A DNA stretch of 30,453 bases from Candidatus Hermodarchaeota archaeon (GTDB lineage Archaea; Asgardarchaeota; Thorarchaeia; Thorarchaeales; Thorarchaeaceae). Of this stretch, positions 1 to 9,850 are shown one piece after another (position 1 is the stretch's first letter; every line of letters begins with the position of its first letter). Position numbers and translations under genes: made by a program. The notes below the pieces were generated by a model. The model made no database searches and was not told the origin of the DNA. It saw only the letters and a list, made by a program, of their open reading frames with translations. Where the stretch lies: assembly GCA_048885865.1 (NCBI GenBank), contig JBHLLF010000030.1, positions 1 to 30,453 of the forward strand, read 5' to 3'.

Positions 1-2
1 CC

Positions 3-848
3 TTTCAGGATGAACTTCTTGCTGTTCTTCGAGAAACAGTGATTCCAGGGGGCATTATTCTGAATGCTCTACGAGGGCAATTAGACAACCATCCAAAGGA
101 CTCAGATCTTCCAACGCACTTTGCTGATTCCATGTCCACCGCTCATACACTTGCAGATGACCTTGTTCAAGAGGTCGCATTAGAGATTCTTCAGCGTCGC
201 GGCCGGAATTTCCGAATTAACGCCGAAGAAGACACGGCACGAACCAAGATTTTCTCTGGTGACATGGCATCATATTGCTACCACATTGACCCTCTAGACG
301 GAACCCTCTCCTTCCTTGAGGGGCGAGATGGATTTGCAATCGGTGCGGCCTTTTCAAAAGACCTAGTTTTTCAAGCCTCTGTTATCTACTTTCCTGCACA
401 AGACCGCGTATACTTGGCTCAGAGAGGTCGGGGGATTAGGGTTGAATCAAGTATTGGTGAAGAAATCGAATTCACCCGCAGAACGCCATCCTCGGAATAC
501 TTCATTGAGCGTAGAGTTAAGGACCTAATTCCTGTGGTGAACTCAATGCAACTCAAACCATTGACTACAATGGGAGCTCATCATGGAATGGTCTCTATCG
601 CATTGGGCGACGCACGAGTGCTTATGTACGGGAGGGCGAGTCCTCATGATTTCGGCATACCCCAAGTGATAGTAGAGGAGGCAGGGGGAATGTGCACCGA
701 TATTGCTGGCGAACCCATTCAGTATGATGAGTCGTTCAATAGAGTGCCTTGCTTTCTGTCGTTTTCAAGTGAATCTAACAAGAAAGAGTTCTTTGAGCAC
801 TATGCGAATCTTAATTATGAAACGAGAACCAGGTGGTCCCCGACATGA
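3..848 (+). CDS. Inositol monophosphatase (FIG superfamily) protein, 5'-truncated by the window edge
   Basis: AEE and IDPLDGT metal-binding motifs, and a C-terminal xD..xxxIVEEAGG motif (PHDFG in place of WDxAA). The frame is open from position 3 (FQDELLAVLRETV...), so the true start probably lies upstream of the window. Confidence 0.85.
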   Translation, partial: FQDELLAVLRETVIPGGIILNALRGQLDNHPKDSDLPTHFADSMSTAHTLADDLVQEVALEILQRRGRNFRINAEEDTARTKIFSGDMASYCYHIDPLDGTLSFLEGRDGFAIGAAFSKDLVFQASVIYFPAQDRVYLAQRGRGIRVESSIGEEIEFTRRTPSSEYFIERRVKDLIPVVNSMQLKPLTTMGAHHGMVSIALGDARVLMYGRASPHDFGIPQVIVEEAGGMCTDIAGEPIQYDESFNRVPCFLSFSSESNKKEFFEHYANLNYETRTRWSPT

Positions 849-1753
849 AACTCAAGCCTCTCCAGTTTGCAGTAGCCCTTCTTATACTAAGTCTACTAGC
901 TGCAACCGCGCTGCAATATCCCCACACCATTGACGAAATCAACTATGAATTCGAAACAAGCATCATCTCTAACAGCTTTGTTTGGGGAGATGCCTATGCA
1001 AATGGTTTTGATTCAGACAGATCACTCTGGTATCTTGATGGTGAGAATGCTATAGGAGCACCAGATGGGCAGTACGCCCAGATCTTCTTGGACTACGCCA
1101 GTGGCTATCTTACACTGGATATGGGAGAACAAGAAGAGATTGTGAATGGCCCCGGAAACGACTTCACTGTCGTTGCTCTCGGGGGCAACTACTCGGTCTT
1201 CGTGCAACCTACCTATGACTCTTCACTAACCCTCATTGGTCGGACGAATGGCACAGATAGTTTTGATCTCAATGACATAGGCATGGATCTGGCAAGATAT
1301 GTTCGAGTGGAACATTTCGTGGGCGACACTGTGGATCTTGACGCAATCGAAGCCATCAACTACAACGCACCCACTTCCGATATCTATGATCCCCTTATCT
1401 CCGGACCGAATGACCTCTGGGTCTGGTCAAATCAGAGTCAAGTACAGCTCGAGTGGGAAGCCTCTGATGACACGCCCAACAACTATACAGTATTGGTAAA
1501 CGGAAGTGCCGTGCAAGAGGAATCCTGGGATGGTTCAGATGTAATTGTTTCAATCGCTAATCCTGGTACAGGCGTCTGGAACGTCACACTCCTTCTCTAT
1601 GACCTCTCCGACAATTGGGCGTCAGATAGTGTGATGCTTGAGGTAAGAGCCGTTCCCGCGTCTGTTGAACTGCTACTCATCAGTGGAATCTCTCTTGGTG
1701 GAGTCCTCATAGTTGTGGTCGTTCTCTACTTTGTGAAAATGAGGAGAGATTGA
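845..1753 (+). CDS. Secreted, C-terminally anchored cell-surface protein with an Ig-like domain
   Basis: ATG at 845 overlaps the upstream TGA (ATGA). N-terminal signal peptide, acidic beta-rich body, Ig-like segment (LEWEASD...NYTVLVNG...NVTL), C-terminal TM helix and basic tail MRRD. Confidence 0.75.
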   Translation: MKLKPLQFAVALLILSLLAATALQYPHTIDEINYEFETSIISNSFVWGDAYANGFDSDRSLWYLDGENAIGAPDGQYAQIFLDYASGYLTLDMGEQEEIVNGPGNDFTVVALGGNYSVFVQPTYDSSLTLIGRTNGTDSFDLNDIGMDLARYVRVEHFVGDTVDLDAIEAINYNAPTSDIYDPLISGPNDLWVWSNQSQVQLEWEASDDTPNNYTVLVNGSAVQEESWDGSDVIVSIANPGTGVWNVTLLLYDLSDNWASDSVMLEVRAVPASVELLLISGISLGGVLIVVVVLYFVKMRRD

Positions 1754-1773
1754 CGGTAGAATCCGAAACCGAC

Positions 1774-3219
1774 CTAGTATCTCGCCTTGGGCTGCTGTAT
1801 AAGGTCGCCTACATGGAATAGGCCGACGACATTGGTCCTTCCTGGGATGTACCGAACGCCAGAAGTGAACACGACATCCTTGTCCTCGCTAATCAAGCCT
1901 TGGGCATGAACTGTTCTAACAGACTCCATCACAAGGTCATCTACACTGTCCACTTCATGTTCATAGAGAATTGGATGAACTCCCCACCAGAGCCGCAGTC
2001 TTCTCAAGACATTGGGATTTCTTGTCACAGCATAGATGTCAGCAGGGGGCCTAAACTTTGAGACCCATCTGGCAGTAAATCCGCTTCTTGTAGCGGTGAT
2101 AATCCCATCCACATTCTCTGGTATCAAAGCAACTGCATTATAGACTAGGTTGCCCATGATTTCTACAATCAGGCGTTTTGGTGATGTGATGTCTTCTGGA
2201 TTGACGGGAGTGATTCTTCTCTCGGCCCTTCCAACAATCTTATTCATCATATCAACAGCCGCCACTGGATCATGCCCTACTGCTGACTCGCCACTGAGCA
2301 TTACTGCATCAGCTCGATCAAATACTGCGTGCGCGACATCGCTCACTTCGGCTCGTGTTGGAATTGCTTCATGTGTCATAGACTCAAGCATGTGGGTGGC
2401 CACGATTGCTGCTCGTGCCCACATATTCGCCTTTCTCACTAAGTCGCGCTGGAGGATAGGTACTTCTTCTATTGGGACCTCTATTCCGAGGTCACCACGT
2501 GCGATCATTACACCATGCGATTCCTCAAGAATGGCGTCGTAGTTCTTCACCGCAGATACATGTTCAATTTTGCTGATGATGTCGACGTTCTTTGGTCCGT
2601 TCTTCTTGACGAGTTCATTGACGCGTTTCACATCATCTGCATCAAGCACAAATGAGATTGCGATTAGGTCTGGCTCCAATTCCGCGGCGAGGTCCAAATC
2701 CTTCAAGTCCTTCTCTGTTGGTACACGACAAGACAGCTCAATGCCTGGGATGTTCACACCCTTTCTACTTGAGATTGGACCGCCATGAGCCACCACTGTT
2801 CTCACTTCCGTCCCGTCCACTTCCGCCACGCGCAATCGCACAATCCCGTCGTTGATTGCAATTATGTCCCCAGGCTTGATATCTTCAGGCAATTCCTTGT
2901 GTGAGATTGAAACTCGCGAGGAATCGCCAACAAAATCCTTTGTTGATATGATGAAATCCGCCCCAGTTTCAAGATTAACGGGTTCTTTCAGCTCTCCAAT
3001 ACGTGTCTTTGGCCCTTGGATGTCAAATAGGATTGGTATCGTAGGATCTACAGTCCGAATATCATCGAAGGTCTTTCGATGGGTTGAATGGGTGTCATGA
3101 GATAGGTTTAGTCGTGCCACGTCCATTCCCGCTTCAACCATCTTGGCAAGGGTTTCTTTGGACCTAGATGCTGGACCAATTGTGCACACAATCTTGGTGC
3201 GTGTCGACTTCTGTGTCAT
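1774..3219 (-). CDS. pyk: Pyruvate kinase
   Basis: RTKIVCTIGPAS, ARLNLSH, DIQGPK, KIE, MIARGDLGIE, ATHMLESM, PTRAEVSD and DAVMLSGESA motifs. Start set at MTQKSTRTK (ATG 3219). Confidence 0.97.
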   Translation of the reverse strand: MTQKSTRTKIVCTIGPASRSKETLAKMVEAGMDVARLNLSHDTHSTHRKTFDDIRTVDPTIPILFDIQGPKTRIGELKEPVNLETGADFIISTKDFVGDSSRVSISHKELPEDIKPGDIIAINDGIVRLRVAEVDGTEVRTVVAHGGPISSRKGVNIPGIELSCRVPTEKDLKDLDLAAELEPDLIAISFVLDADDVKRVNELVKKNGPKNVDIISKIEHVSAVKNYDAILEESHGVMIARGDLGIEVPIEEVPILQRDLVRKANMWARAAIVATHMLESMTHEAIPTRAEVSDVAHAVFDRADAVMLSGESAVGHDPVAAVDMMNKIVGRAERRITPVNPEDITSPKRLIVEIMGNLVYNAVALIPENVDGIITATRSGFTARWVSKFRPPADIYAVTRNPNVLRRLRLWWGVHPILYEHEVDSVDDLVMESVRTVHAQGLISEDKDVVFTSGVRYIPGRTNVVGLFHVGDLIQQPKARY

Positions 3220-3388
3220 CCCTTTTGCCTCGCATTGATTATCCGTTCCAATCCCTCCTAAATAGCACTTCTCATCCTCGGGCATATGCATTCAATGGAC
3301 ACTGTGTACCAAGGGAATGGCATAAATCTCAATAGGAACCTCCAAAGACAAAGCACATTGAGCATCGCTAAGAACAAAGGTGACGATG

Positions 3389-4687
3389 ATGGTCAAAATC
3401 GACAGGATAAAGGCGATTGAAATTCTGGACTCCCGTGGAAACCCGACAGTCATGACATATGTATCCCTTTCAGATGGAACGGTCGGATCAGCAAAGGTTC
3501 CCAGTGGGGCGTCTACAGGATTGAGAGAGGCTGTAGAGCTAAGAGATGGAGGAGATAGATATCTTGGCAAGGGCGTTCAGAAAGCTATTGGCAATGTGAA
3601 CACAACAATTGCCAAAGGACTGGGTTCAGTAGACCCACTTTCACAGCGTGATGTCGATGATGCGCTCCTCAAGATAGATCCGAGTAAAGGAAAAGGAAAT
3701 CTTGGAGCTAATGCAATCCTGTCAGTTTCAATGGCAACAGCTGTTGCTGCGGCGAATCATCTTGGAATTGAGTTGTTTGAGCATCTTCGTATGAATATCT
3801 TAGGGAAGAAAGAGGAGTACCTTCAGCCAGTTCCCATGTCTAATGTCATCAATGGAGGCGCTCATGCAGGCAATGACCTCGCAATCCAGGAGTTCATGAT
3901 TCTGCCAGTGGGGTCTCCAAACATAGTCGAGGCAGTGCGATGCATCAGTGAGGTATATCACAAGCTAGGGAAGAATCTCATTAAGAAATATGGTCGAATG
4001 GGAAAGCATGTGGGTGATGAGGGTGGCTTTTGTGGCTTTGGACTCAAGGACACTCATAATGCATTCAGCGAGATAATGGAGGCCATTGAAGCAGCAGGCT
4101 ACGAGCCAGGAAAAGAAGTCGTGTTGGGTATTGACGCGGCTGCTAGTGGATTCTACAAGGATGGAAAATACGAGACTGATGGGAAAACATTGGACTCTGG
4201 CGAACTGCTCGATTTCTATATTGACCTTGAGACGACCTTCCCACTCAAGAGTGTAGAGGACCCATTCGAAGAGGAGGCCTTTGATGAATTTGCAGAATAC
4301 ACCAAAAAAACCAAGATTCAGGTGGTCACAGATGACCTGACAGTGTCTCATCCAGAAACCGTTCAGAAGTGTATCGAAATGGGTGCTGGCAATGCACTAC
4401 TTCTGAAAGTGAATCAAATAGGGTCTGTGAGCGAAGCAATTGATGCAGCAAACGTGGCTAACAAAGCTAACTGGCCAGTTGTTGTCAGTCATAGAAGTGG
4501 GGAGACTGGTGATACCTTCATCGCTGATTTGGCCGTTGCTCTCTCAACTGGACAAATTAAGACTGGTGGCCCTGCTCGTAGTGATCGTGTCGAGAAGTAC
4601 AACCGACTCCTGATGATTCATGACCTACTGGATGGAAAATGCGACTATCCGGGTCAAGATTTCAATAGTGCTTGGAGGAAATTCTAG
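3389..4687 (+). CDS. eno: Enolase
   Basis: EILDSRGNPTV, VPSGASTG, GDEGG, LLKVNQIG, VSHRSGET and QIKTG motifs. SD GGTGA at 3379-3383; ATG 3386 is an alternative start. Confidence 0.98.
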   Translation: MVKIDRIKAIEILDSRGNPTVMTYVSLSDGTVGSAKVPSGASTGLREAVELRDGGDRYLGKGVQKAIGNVNTTIAKGLGSVDPLSQRDVDDALLKIDPSKGKGNLGANAILSVSMATAVAAANHLGIELFEHLRMNILGKKEEYLQPVPMSNVINGGAHAGNDLAIQEFMILPVGSPNIVEAVRCISEVYHKLGKNLIKKYGRMGKHVGDEGGFCGFGLKDTHNAFSEIMEAIEAAGYEPGKEVVLGIDAAASGFYKDGKYETDGKTLDSGELLDFYIDLETTFPLKSVEDPFEEEAFDEFAEYTKKTKIQVVTDDLTVSHPETVQKCIEMGAGNALLLKVNQIGSVSEAIDAANVANKANWPVVVSHRSGETGDTFIADLAVALSTGQIKTGGPARSDRVEKYNRLLMIHDLLDGKCDYPGQDFNSAWRKF

Positions 4688-4690
4688 CAA

Positions 4691-5932
4691 ATGACAGAGA
4701 GGTACACCGCTGTTCTTCTGATAATGGATGGACTTGGGGATCGCCTGGTTAAAGAACTCGGCAATAAGACTCCGCTTCAAGCTTCGAAGTGTCCGACCTT
4801 TGACAGACTGACTGCAGATGGTCAGACAGGGCTGTTGAATGTCATTGCTCCGGGAATTACACCTGGTAGCGATGCAGCACATCTTGCACTCTTTGGCTAC
4901 GATCCCGTTGAATGCTACGCAGGAAGGGGTCCGCTGGAAGCGTTAGGTGCAGGTCTACCATCAAAGCCTGGTGATGTAGCCTTTAGGTCAAACTTTGCCT
5001 CAGTTGATGATGAGCTGAAAGTCGTAGATAGAAGAGCAGGTCGTACATTCACACAGGAAGAACATAAGATTCTGGAAGATGCGCTTTCTGGGATTGAAAT
5101 TGATGGAATCAAGGTGCATTTTGTCGCTACTGTTGAGCATCGTGGAGCTATAGTCTTAGAGGGGAGTGGTCTATCCGGCGAAATCTCCGAGACAGACCCT
5201 CATGAAACAGGCATCAAGGTCTGGGAGTCTAGGGCTCTTGCCTCTGGGGCAGAGAAGACAGCGGAGGTTGTCAACCAGCTAACACAGCAGACATACAAGC
5301 GCCTCAAGAATCTAGACATGAACAAGGCTCGAGCAGAACGAGGGCTCCCTCCTGCCAATATCTTACTGCTTAGGGGTCCTGGGCAGCATAGGGAGATTCC
5401 TACCCTGCAAGATAAATATGGCATAAAATCAGCAGTAATCGCTGGTGGCTCACTGTACATTGGTGCAGCGAAATATGTTGGAATGGAGCATGTACCAGTA
5501 GAAGGCCAAACAGGTACTATTGACACGAACTTCGATAACATCGCTGCAAAGTCGATAGAATGCATCAAGGCTGACTACGATTATGTGTTCATCCACATAA
5601 AAGCCACAGATAATGCTAGTCATGATGGGAATTCCAAAGAGAAGGTACTAGCTATAGAACGGACTGACGCGATGTTGAGTAAAATCATCGACGCAGTTGG
5701 CGATTCTATTGTCATTGCGGTAACAGGGGATCACAGCACTCCACTGGAAGTTGGAGAGCATCAATCTGACCCGGTCCCCATCTTTTTCTGGAGCAGATTC
5801 ATGCGGCCTGATAAGGTAAAGGCCTTCTCTGAGATAGATGCCCCAGACGGCGCTCTACACACCATTCGTGGAACAGATGTCATGCCCATGCTGCTTGGCT
5901 ATGCAGGTTACATAGAGAAAATGGGTGCATAG
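4691..5932 (+). CDS. apgM: 2,3-bisphosphoglycerate-independent phosphoglycerate mutase, archaeal type
   Basis: MDGLGD, TPL, PGSD (phospho-Ser), GRGPLEALG, AFRSN, DRRAGR, HIKATDNASHDG and TGDHSTP motifs. Starts 3 bp after eno. Confidence 0.95.
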   Translation: MTERYTAVLLIMDGLGDRLVKELGNKTPLQASKCPTFDRLTADGQTGLLNVIAPGITPGSDAAHLALFGYDPVECYAGRGPLEALGAGLPSKPGDVAFRSNFASVDDELKVVDRRAGRTFTQEEHKILEDALSGIEIDGIKVHFVATVEHRGAIVLEGSGLSGEISETDPHETGIKVWESRALASGAEKTAEVVNQLTQQTYKRLKNLDMNKARAERGLPPANILLLRGPGQHREIPTLQDKYGIKSAVIAGGSLYIGAAKYVGMEHVPVEGQTGTIDTNFDNIAAKSIECIKADYDYVFIHIKATDNASHDGNSKEKVLAIERTDAMLSKIIDAVGDSIVIAVTGDHSTPLEVGEHQSDPVPIFFWSRFMRPDKVKAFSEIDAPDGALHTIRGTDVMPMLLGYAGYIEKMGA

Positions 5933-5934
5933 GT

Positions 5935-7281
5935 TCAGGGTCTTTGAATCCCATGCTTGCCAACACATCTATACTCAAAGCCTTTCGAAATCATTTCTTC
6001 CGTATTGAATACATTTCGTCCATCAACTATCGTGGGAGTCCGCATGACAGATTTTACCTTGTCTAAGTCTAGATTGAAGTATTCCTGATGCTTTGTAACT
6101 AGCGCTAGACAATCAGCACCCTCTGCAGCGCTCAAAATGTCATTCGTGATCTCGTGAGTTCCGAACTCCCATGCTTTTACATACGGGTCATGTAGCGTGA
6201 TTTCAGCTCCTTTAGCCTGCAACGCTGCGACAAGTGTTGCCGCCGGAGTATTTCTTGTGTCATCAGCGTTCTCCAGATATGCGACACCTAGAATTGTGAC
6301 TTTCGCATCCTGAATAGATACGCCTTTTGCAGAGAGGGCGTTTTCCACAAGCTCAGACATATGCACCGGCATGTGATTGTTTATTCTCCTTGCCAGTGAA
6401 ATGAACTCTGGCTCAACCTTCCATGTTCCATACTCATAGAGGCCGTAACGAAGCAGCCATGGGTCTTTCGGGAGACAATGACCGCCCACACCTGCGCCGG
6501 GTATGTGCATCATCCTGTCATGTCTAGCATTAATCAACTCTATGATCTCATAGATATTCACTCCGAGGCTCTCTGACACTAGGGCCATCTCATTAGCGAA
6601 TGCAATGTTGACGTCGCGGTAGCTGTTCTCAATTGTCTTCGATAGCTCGGCACTCAGCGTATCGGTGGTATAGATCTTCTCCTTGACAATCTTTGAGTAC
6701 AGCTCCACAGCTCTCTCTGTGCCTTTTGGTGTGATGCCACCTACTACTCTTGGCATATTGACAATGAATTCGAGAAGTTTGCCTGGCATTACACGCTCAT
6801 AAGAGAACGCCAAGTCGAAATCCTTTCCTCCTTTAAGTCCAGACTCCTTCTCGATGATTCTTTGCACCACATTCTCAGTAGTGCCAGGCGCTACAGTAGA
6901 CTCGACAATGACGAGTGCACCCTTCTTGATACGCTTTCCAATATCTGCGCTAACCTCGCGGAGCGAGTCATAACGAGGCATGTTCTGTGCGTCTGTTGGT
7001 GTCTGGACATCGATCAAGATGATGTCCGCATCCTTCAAGATTTCAATATCATCAGTAACGCTGAAACTGCCTTTCTTGACGACTCTGGCAATGAGCTCAT
7101 CCAGACCTGGTTCAACCCCTTCGAACGGAGACTTGCCACTGTTTAGAACATCAATTTTCCATCCGGAGCGTTTGGACCTTCTCTGGAGACCTATGACCTC
7201 GTAGCCATCAACATCAGCAATTAAGGCCGCAGCAGGAATGCCAACGTAACCCATGCCAATTACAACAACTTTTGTCATCAT
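5935..7281 (-). CDS. Nucleotide-sugar dehydrogenase (UDP-ManNAc/UDP-GlcNAc dehydrogenase, WecC-like)
   Basis: GMGYVG Rossmann motif, ESTVAPGTT, ERVMPG, KTIENSYRDVNIAFANE, catalytic GGHCLPKDP and DTRNTP. Start at MMTK after SD AGAGGA. Confidence 0.92.
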   Translation of the reverse strand: MMTKVVVIGMGYVGIPAAALIADVDGYEVIGLQRRSKRSGWKIDVLNSGKSPFEGVEPGLDELIARVVKKGSFSVTDDIEILKDADIILIDVQTPTDAQNMPRYDSLREVSADIGKRIKKGALVIVESTVAPGTTENVVQRIIEKESGLKGGKDFDLAFSYERVMPGKLLEFIVNMPRVVGGITPKGTERAVELYSKIVKEKIYTTDTLSAELSKTIENSYRDVNIAFANEMALVSESLGVNIYEIIELINARHDRMMHIPGAGVGGHCLPKDPWLLRYGLYEYGTWKVEPEFISLARRINNHMPVHMSELVENALSAKGVSIQDAKVTILGVAYLENADDTRNTPAATLVAALQAKGAEITLHDPYVKAWEFGTHEITNDILSAAEGADCLALVTKHQEYFNLDLDKVKSVMRTPTIVDGRNVFNTEEMISKGFEYRCVGKHGIQRP

Positions 7282-7391
7282 TATTCCTCTGGCTGATTTG
7301 GACGCCAAAACTCTGGTGACACCTGTGCGCCCAGCATCAACACACAAAAAGGTTGCCCATTTACTATGGGTGTACTAGGACATCTATTGGA

Positions 7392-8219
7392 CTATGTCAC
7401 ATCCACAACCTCTGAAACCCTCTTTACGGATTTCTCATAGAAGTCTGGGTCATCTATGTGAAGATGAATGGCCCCTTCGGGACAGACCTCAACGCATCGT
7501 CCGCAACCTCTGCATTCGTCGCTTATTACGGCGCGGTCGTTGACAAGACTGATTGCATTTGTGAAACAGATTCCCTCAGTGCAGGTTCCACATCCAACAC
7601 AGGCATCAGTCACTTCTACACGGACTCCTGTCATCTTGGTGATTTTCTTGGCAATGTCCGGATTCAGGTCCTGAACAGTGCGCCAAAGGCAGCAGCAGGG
7701 ACAGCAGTTGCAGACTGTTAGCAGATTCTTTCCTGGATTCGCATCGAGCCACATCGCATCGAGCTTGTTTCGTCCAATGAGATGGACAAGGCCTTCCTCG
7801 TCACATTTCCTGATGTATTCGTGTGCTTCTTCCTTTGATACCGGGCGTCCGAGGTGAGGGTTGATTCTTTTTGCAGCTTCGCCCATGAACAGACAGCCAT
7901 GGTCTATTGGATAGTCTTTACATTTCAACGAATCACGACAGATGCAGAAGTCCATGATCCAATGGAAGTTCGCTTTGTCGATGAAGTGATGCACAATCTG
8001 GGACGGTAGCACTGTTTCGTCAGGTTGTTCAATAGACTGGCCGACATGAATGACCTGCTTGGCCACCCGGTTCTTTGGCAAGTAGATTATGTCATCGCCC
8101 TTGAAGAGCATATAGTCGATTATTTTGCCTATAATGGGTATTCTGGTTGCCTTTGCAATCATTCGAACATTGGGAAATGTCTTCTTCAGAAGCCTGACAA
8201 ACCAAAGCGGCCGTGCCAT
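7392..8219 (-). CDS. Cys-rich 4Fe-4S dicluster domain protein
   Basis: CICR, CNCCPCCC, CVGCGTC...C and CRGCGRCVEVCP motifs. Start set at MARPLW (ATG 8219). Confidence 0.85.
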   Translation of the reverse strand: MARPLWFVRLLKKTFPNVRMIAKATRIPIIGKIIDYMLFKGDDIIYLPKNRVAKQVIHVGQSIEQPDETVLPSQIVHHFIDKANFHWIMDFCICRDSLKCKDYPIDHGCLFMGEAAKRINPHLGRPVSKEEAHEYIRKCDEEGLVHLIGRNKLDAMWLDANPGKNLLTVCNCCPCCCLWRTVQDLNPDIAKKITKMTGVRVEVTDACVGCGTCTEGICFTNAISLVNDRAVISDECRGCGRCVEVCPEGAIHLHIDDPDFYEKSVKRVSEVVDVT

Positions 8220-8346
8220 AATGAATGAATTGTCCTGCCACTGATATTGTTTCCTAATTGACACCAAGTAGTTCATTTCCAACAGGGAAAGAGAAAGCAA
8301 AGAGAAATAGGGTACATCTGATAATCAGCTGACGAGGTTAGATTGG

Positions 8347-9828
8347 GTGAGACCTATTGGCACAATCACGCGATACTTTCCCCTCATAGATATAGAAACA
8401 AGGAGAATAATAGAATCAGTCATGGGAAATTCATACAATTTCCGCAATTTCGTTCAGGCCTTGAGTGATGGAGTATGTGAATTGAAAGCGCCCGACCAGA
8501 CTATATTTCTGGCTGTCCATTTCGCTGCAATGCTATTCGACTTTGAATGTCTGGATAAGATTTCGAAAGCTCACGGAAAACTGCCCATCATTCGGCCAAA
8601 TCTCTTCTTTGGCAGTGCCATTCAAGGTCGCCCTGAGGACTTTGAAAAAGTTCGAAAATCAGCTGCCGACGTCCTATCCGGTCACCCGCCTGATTGGTTG
8701 ACACTTGAGATGTTGATGGTCAAGCTAGAAGCTGAGAATGCGGAATATCCTACGCAAGTATATGACGCCTCAACGTATGACGCAATTGTAGGAATGATCG
8801 AAGAGAATGAAGACTTCGATTTCTATATCTCTCGACTGAAAGATACCATGACTATTCGTGCAATCAGAGATGGAGATGTTGATAGGGCTCTGGACTTGAA
8901 TCAAGAAGCCATTGAAAATGCGGAGAAGAATGACGATGTCAATCGTCTCGCCCATCTGCTTCGAACTAGAGCAGGGATTATCCAATCCGCAGACCGCTTG
9001 GAATCCCAAGAATTGCTTCATCGAGCTAAGGGCCTCATGGATTCGATGGGTGACCGTGGCGGGCTTGCCGATGTGTTATTTCTTCTCAGTAAGCTTGAAT
9101 CAATTCGAGGTGACTACGACTCTGCAATCGAGAACAATCTTGAGAGCGTCAGATTGTGGGAGTCAGTTGGGATGCCCACTGGCATGCCTTCATTGACCCT
9201 TTCAACCCTCTACAATGTAATAGGTGACTGCGACTCAGGCCTGGAGTGGGCAAGAATGGCTGAAGGTGAACTGGCAAGTAGACCAGTCTACCAGCCAAGA
9301 GCAATCCTCAATCAAGCATGGTCTATGACCTTACAGAGGAGGTCGCCTGAGGCCCGCCAGCTCTTAGACAGTGTCCGCGAGTCGATGATGAGATCTGGAC
9401 TTGAATCAAATCTGGGTTGGCTCTATTTCATCAGCAGTATCATAGACGCCGCTGAGGAAGACTACTCATCTGCTGCAATGAGCGTTGAGGAGTCACTAGA
9501 TATCTATGAGAGAAGTGGTGGCTTAGTTAGCTTCTACATTTGTCTACACCATCGTGCTAGTATTGAGGTCTATTCAGAGCATGAGGACCCATCAAGTGAC
9601 TACGAATCATCAGGACCATGGCTTACTCTTCTCGAAGAAAAAGCACATAGTGAGGACTTGCCGGGTATTCTTGGAAGAGCGCTGTTGCTCAAAGCGGCCT
9701 CTCTACGAATGAAAGGTGCCGAGTCAGAGTCATTGAGGGCGATTGAACAATTGGCTTCGCTGGTCAATGAATGGAATCTGGAGTTCCTAAGACCTGCGGT
9801 TGAACGTTATATTGACTCGGAAGAGTGA
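8347..9828 (+). CDS. TPR-like alpha-helical repeat protein
   Basis: Recurrent TPR-like helix pairs (GDVDRALDLNQEA, GDYDSAIENNLES, EDYSSAAMSVEESL). No catalytic motif recognised. GTG start. Confidence 0.7.
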   Translation: MRPIGTITRYFPLIDIETRRIIESVMGNSYNFRNFVQALSDGVCELKAPDQTIFLAVHFAAMLFDFECLDKISKAHGKLPIIRPNLFFGSAIQGRPEDFEKVRKSAADVLSGHPPDWLTLEMLMVKLEAENAEYPTQVYDASTYDAIVGMIEENEDFDFYISRLKDTMTIRAIRDGDVDRALDLNQEAIENAEKNDDVNRLAHLLRTRAGIIQSADRLESQELLHRAKGLMDSMGDRGGLADVLFLLSKLESIRGDYDSAIENNLESVRLWESVGMPTGMPSLTLSTLYNVIGDCDSGLEWARMAEGELASRPVYQPRAILNQAWSMTLQRRSPEARQLLDSVRESMMRSGLESNLGWLYFISSIIDAAEEDYSSAAMSVEESLDIYERSGGLVSFYICLHHRASIEVYSEHEDPSSDYESSGPWLTLLEEKAHSEDLPGILGRALLLKAASLRMKGAESESLRAIEQLASLVNEWNLEFLRPAVERYIDSEE

Positions 9829-9850
9829 AACTCAAGGACCTGACTGCAAT

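Noticed and set aside
7336-7346. CATCAACACAC shared (inverted) with about 21753-21763, both upstream of nucleotide-sugar genes
   Set aside because: 11-bp matches are expected by chance in 30 kb, and the orientation relative to the two genes is opposite.
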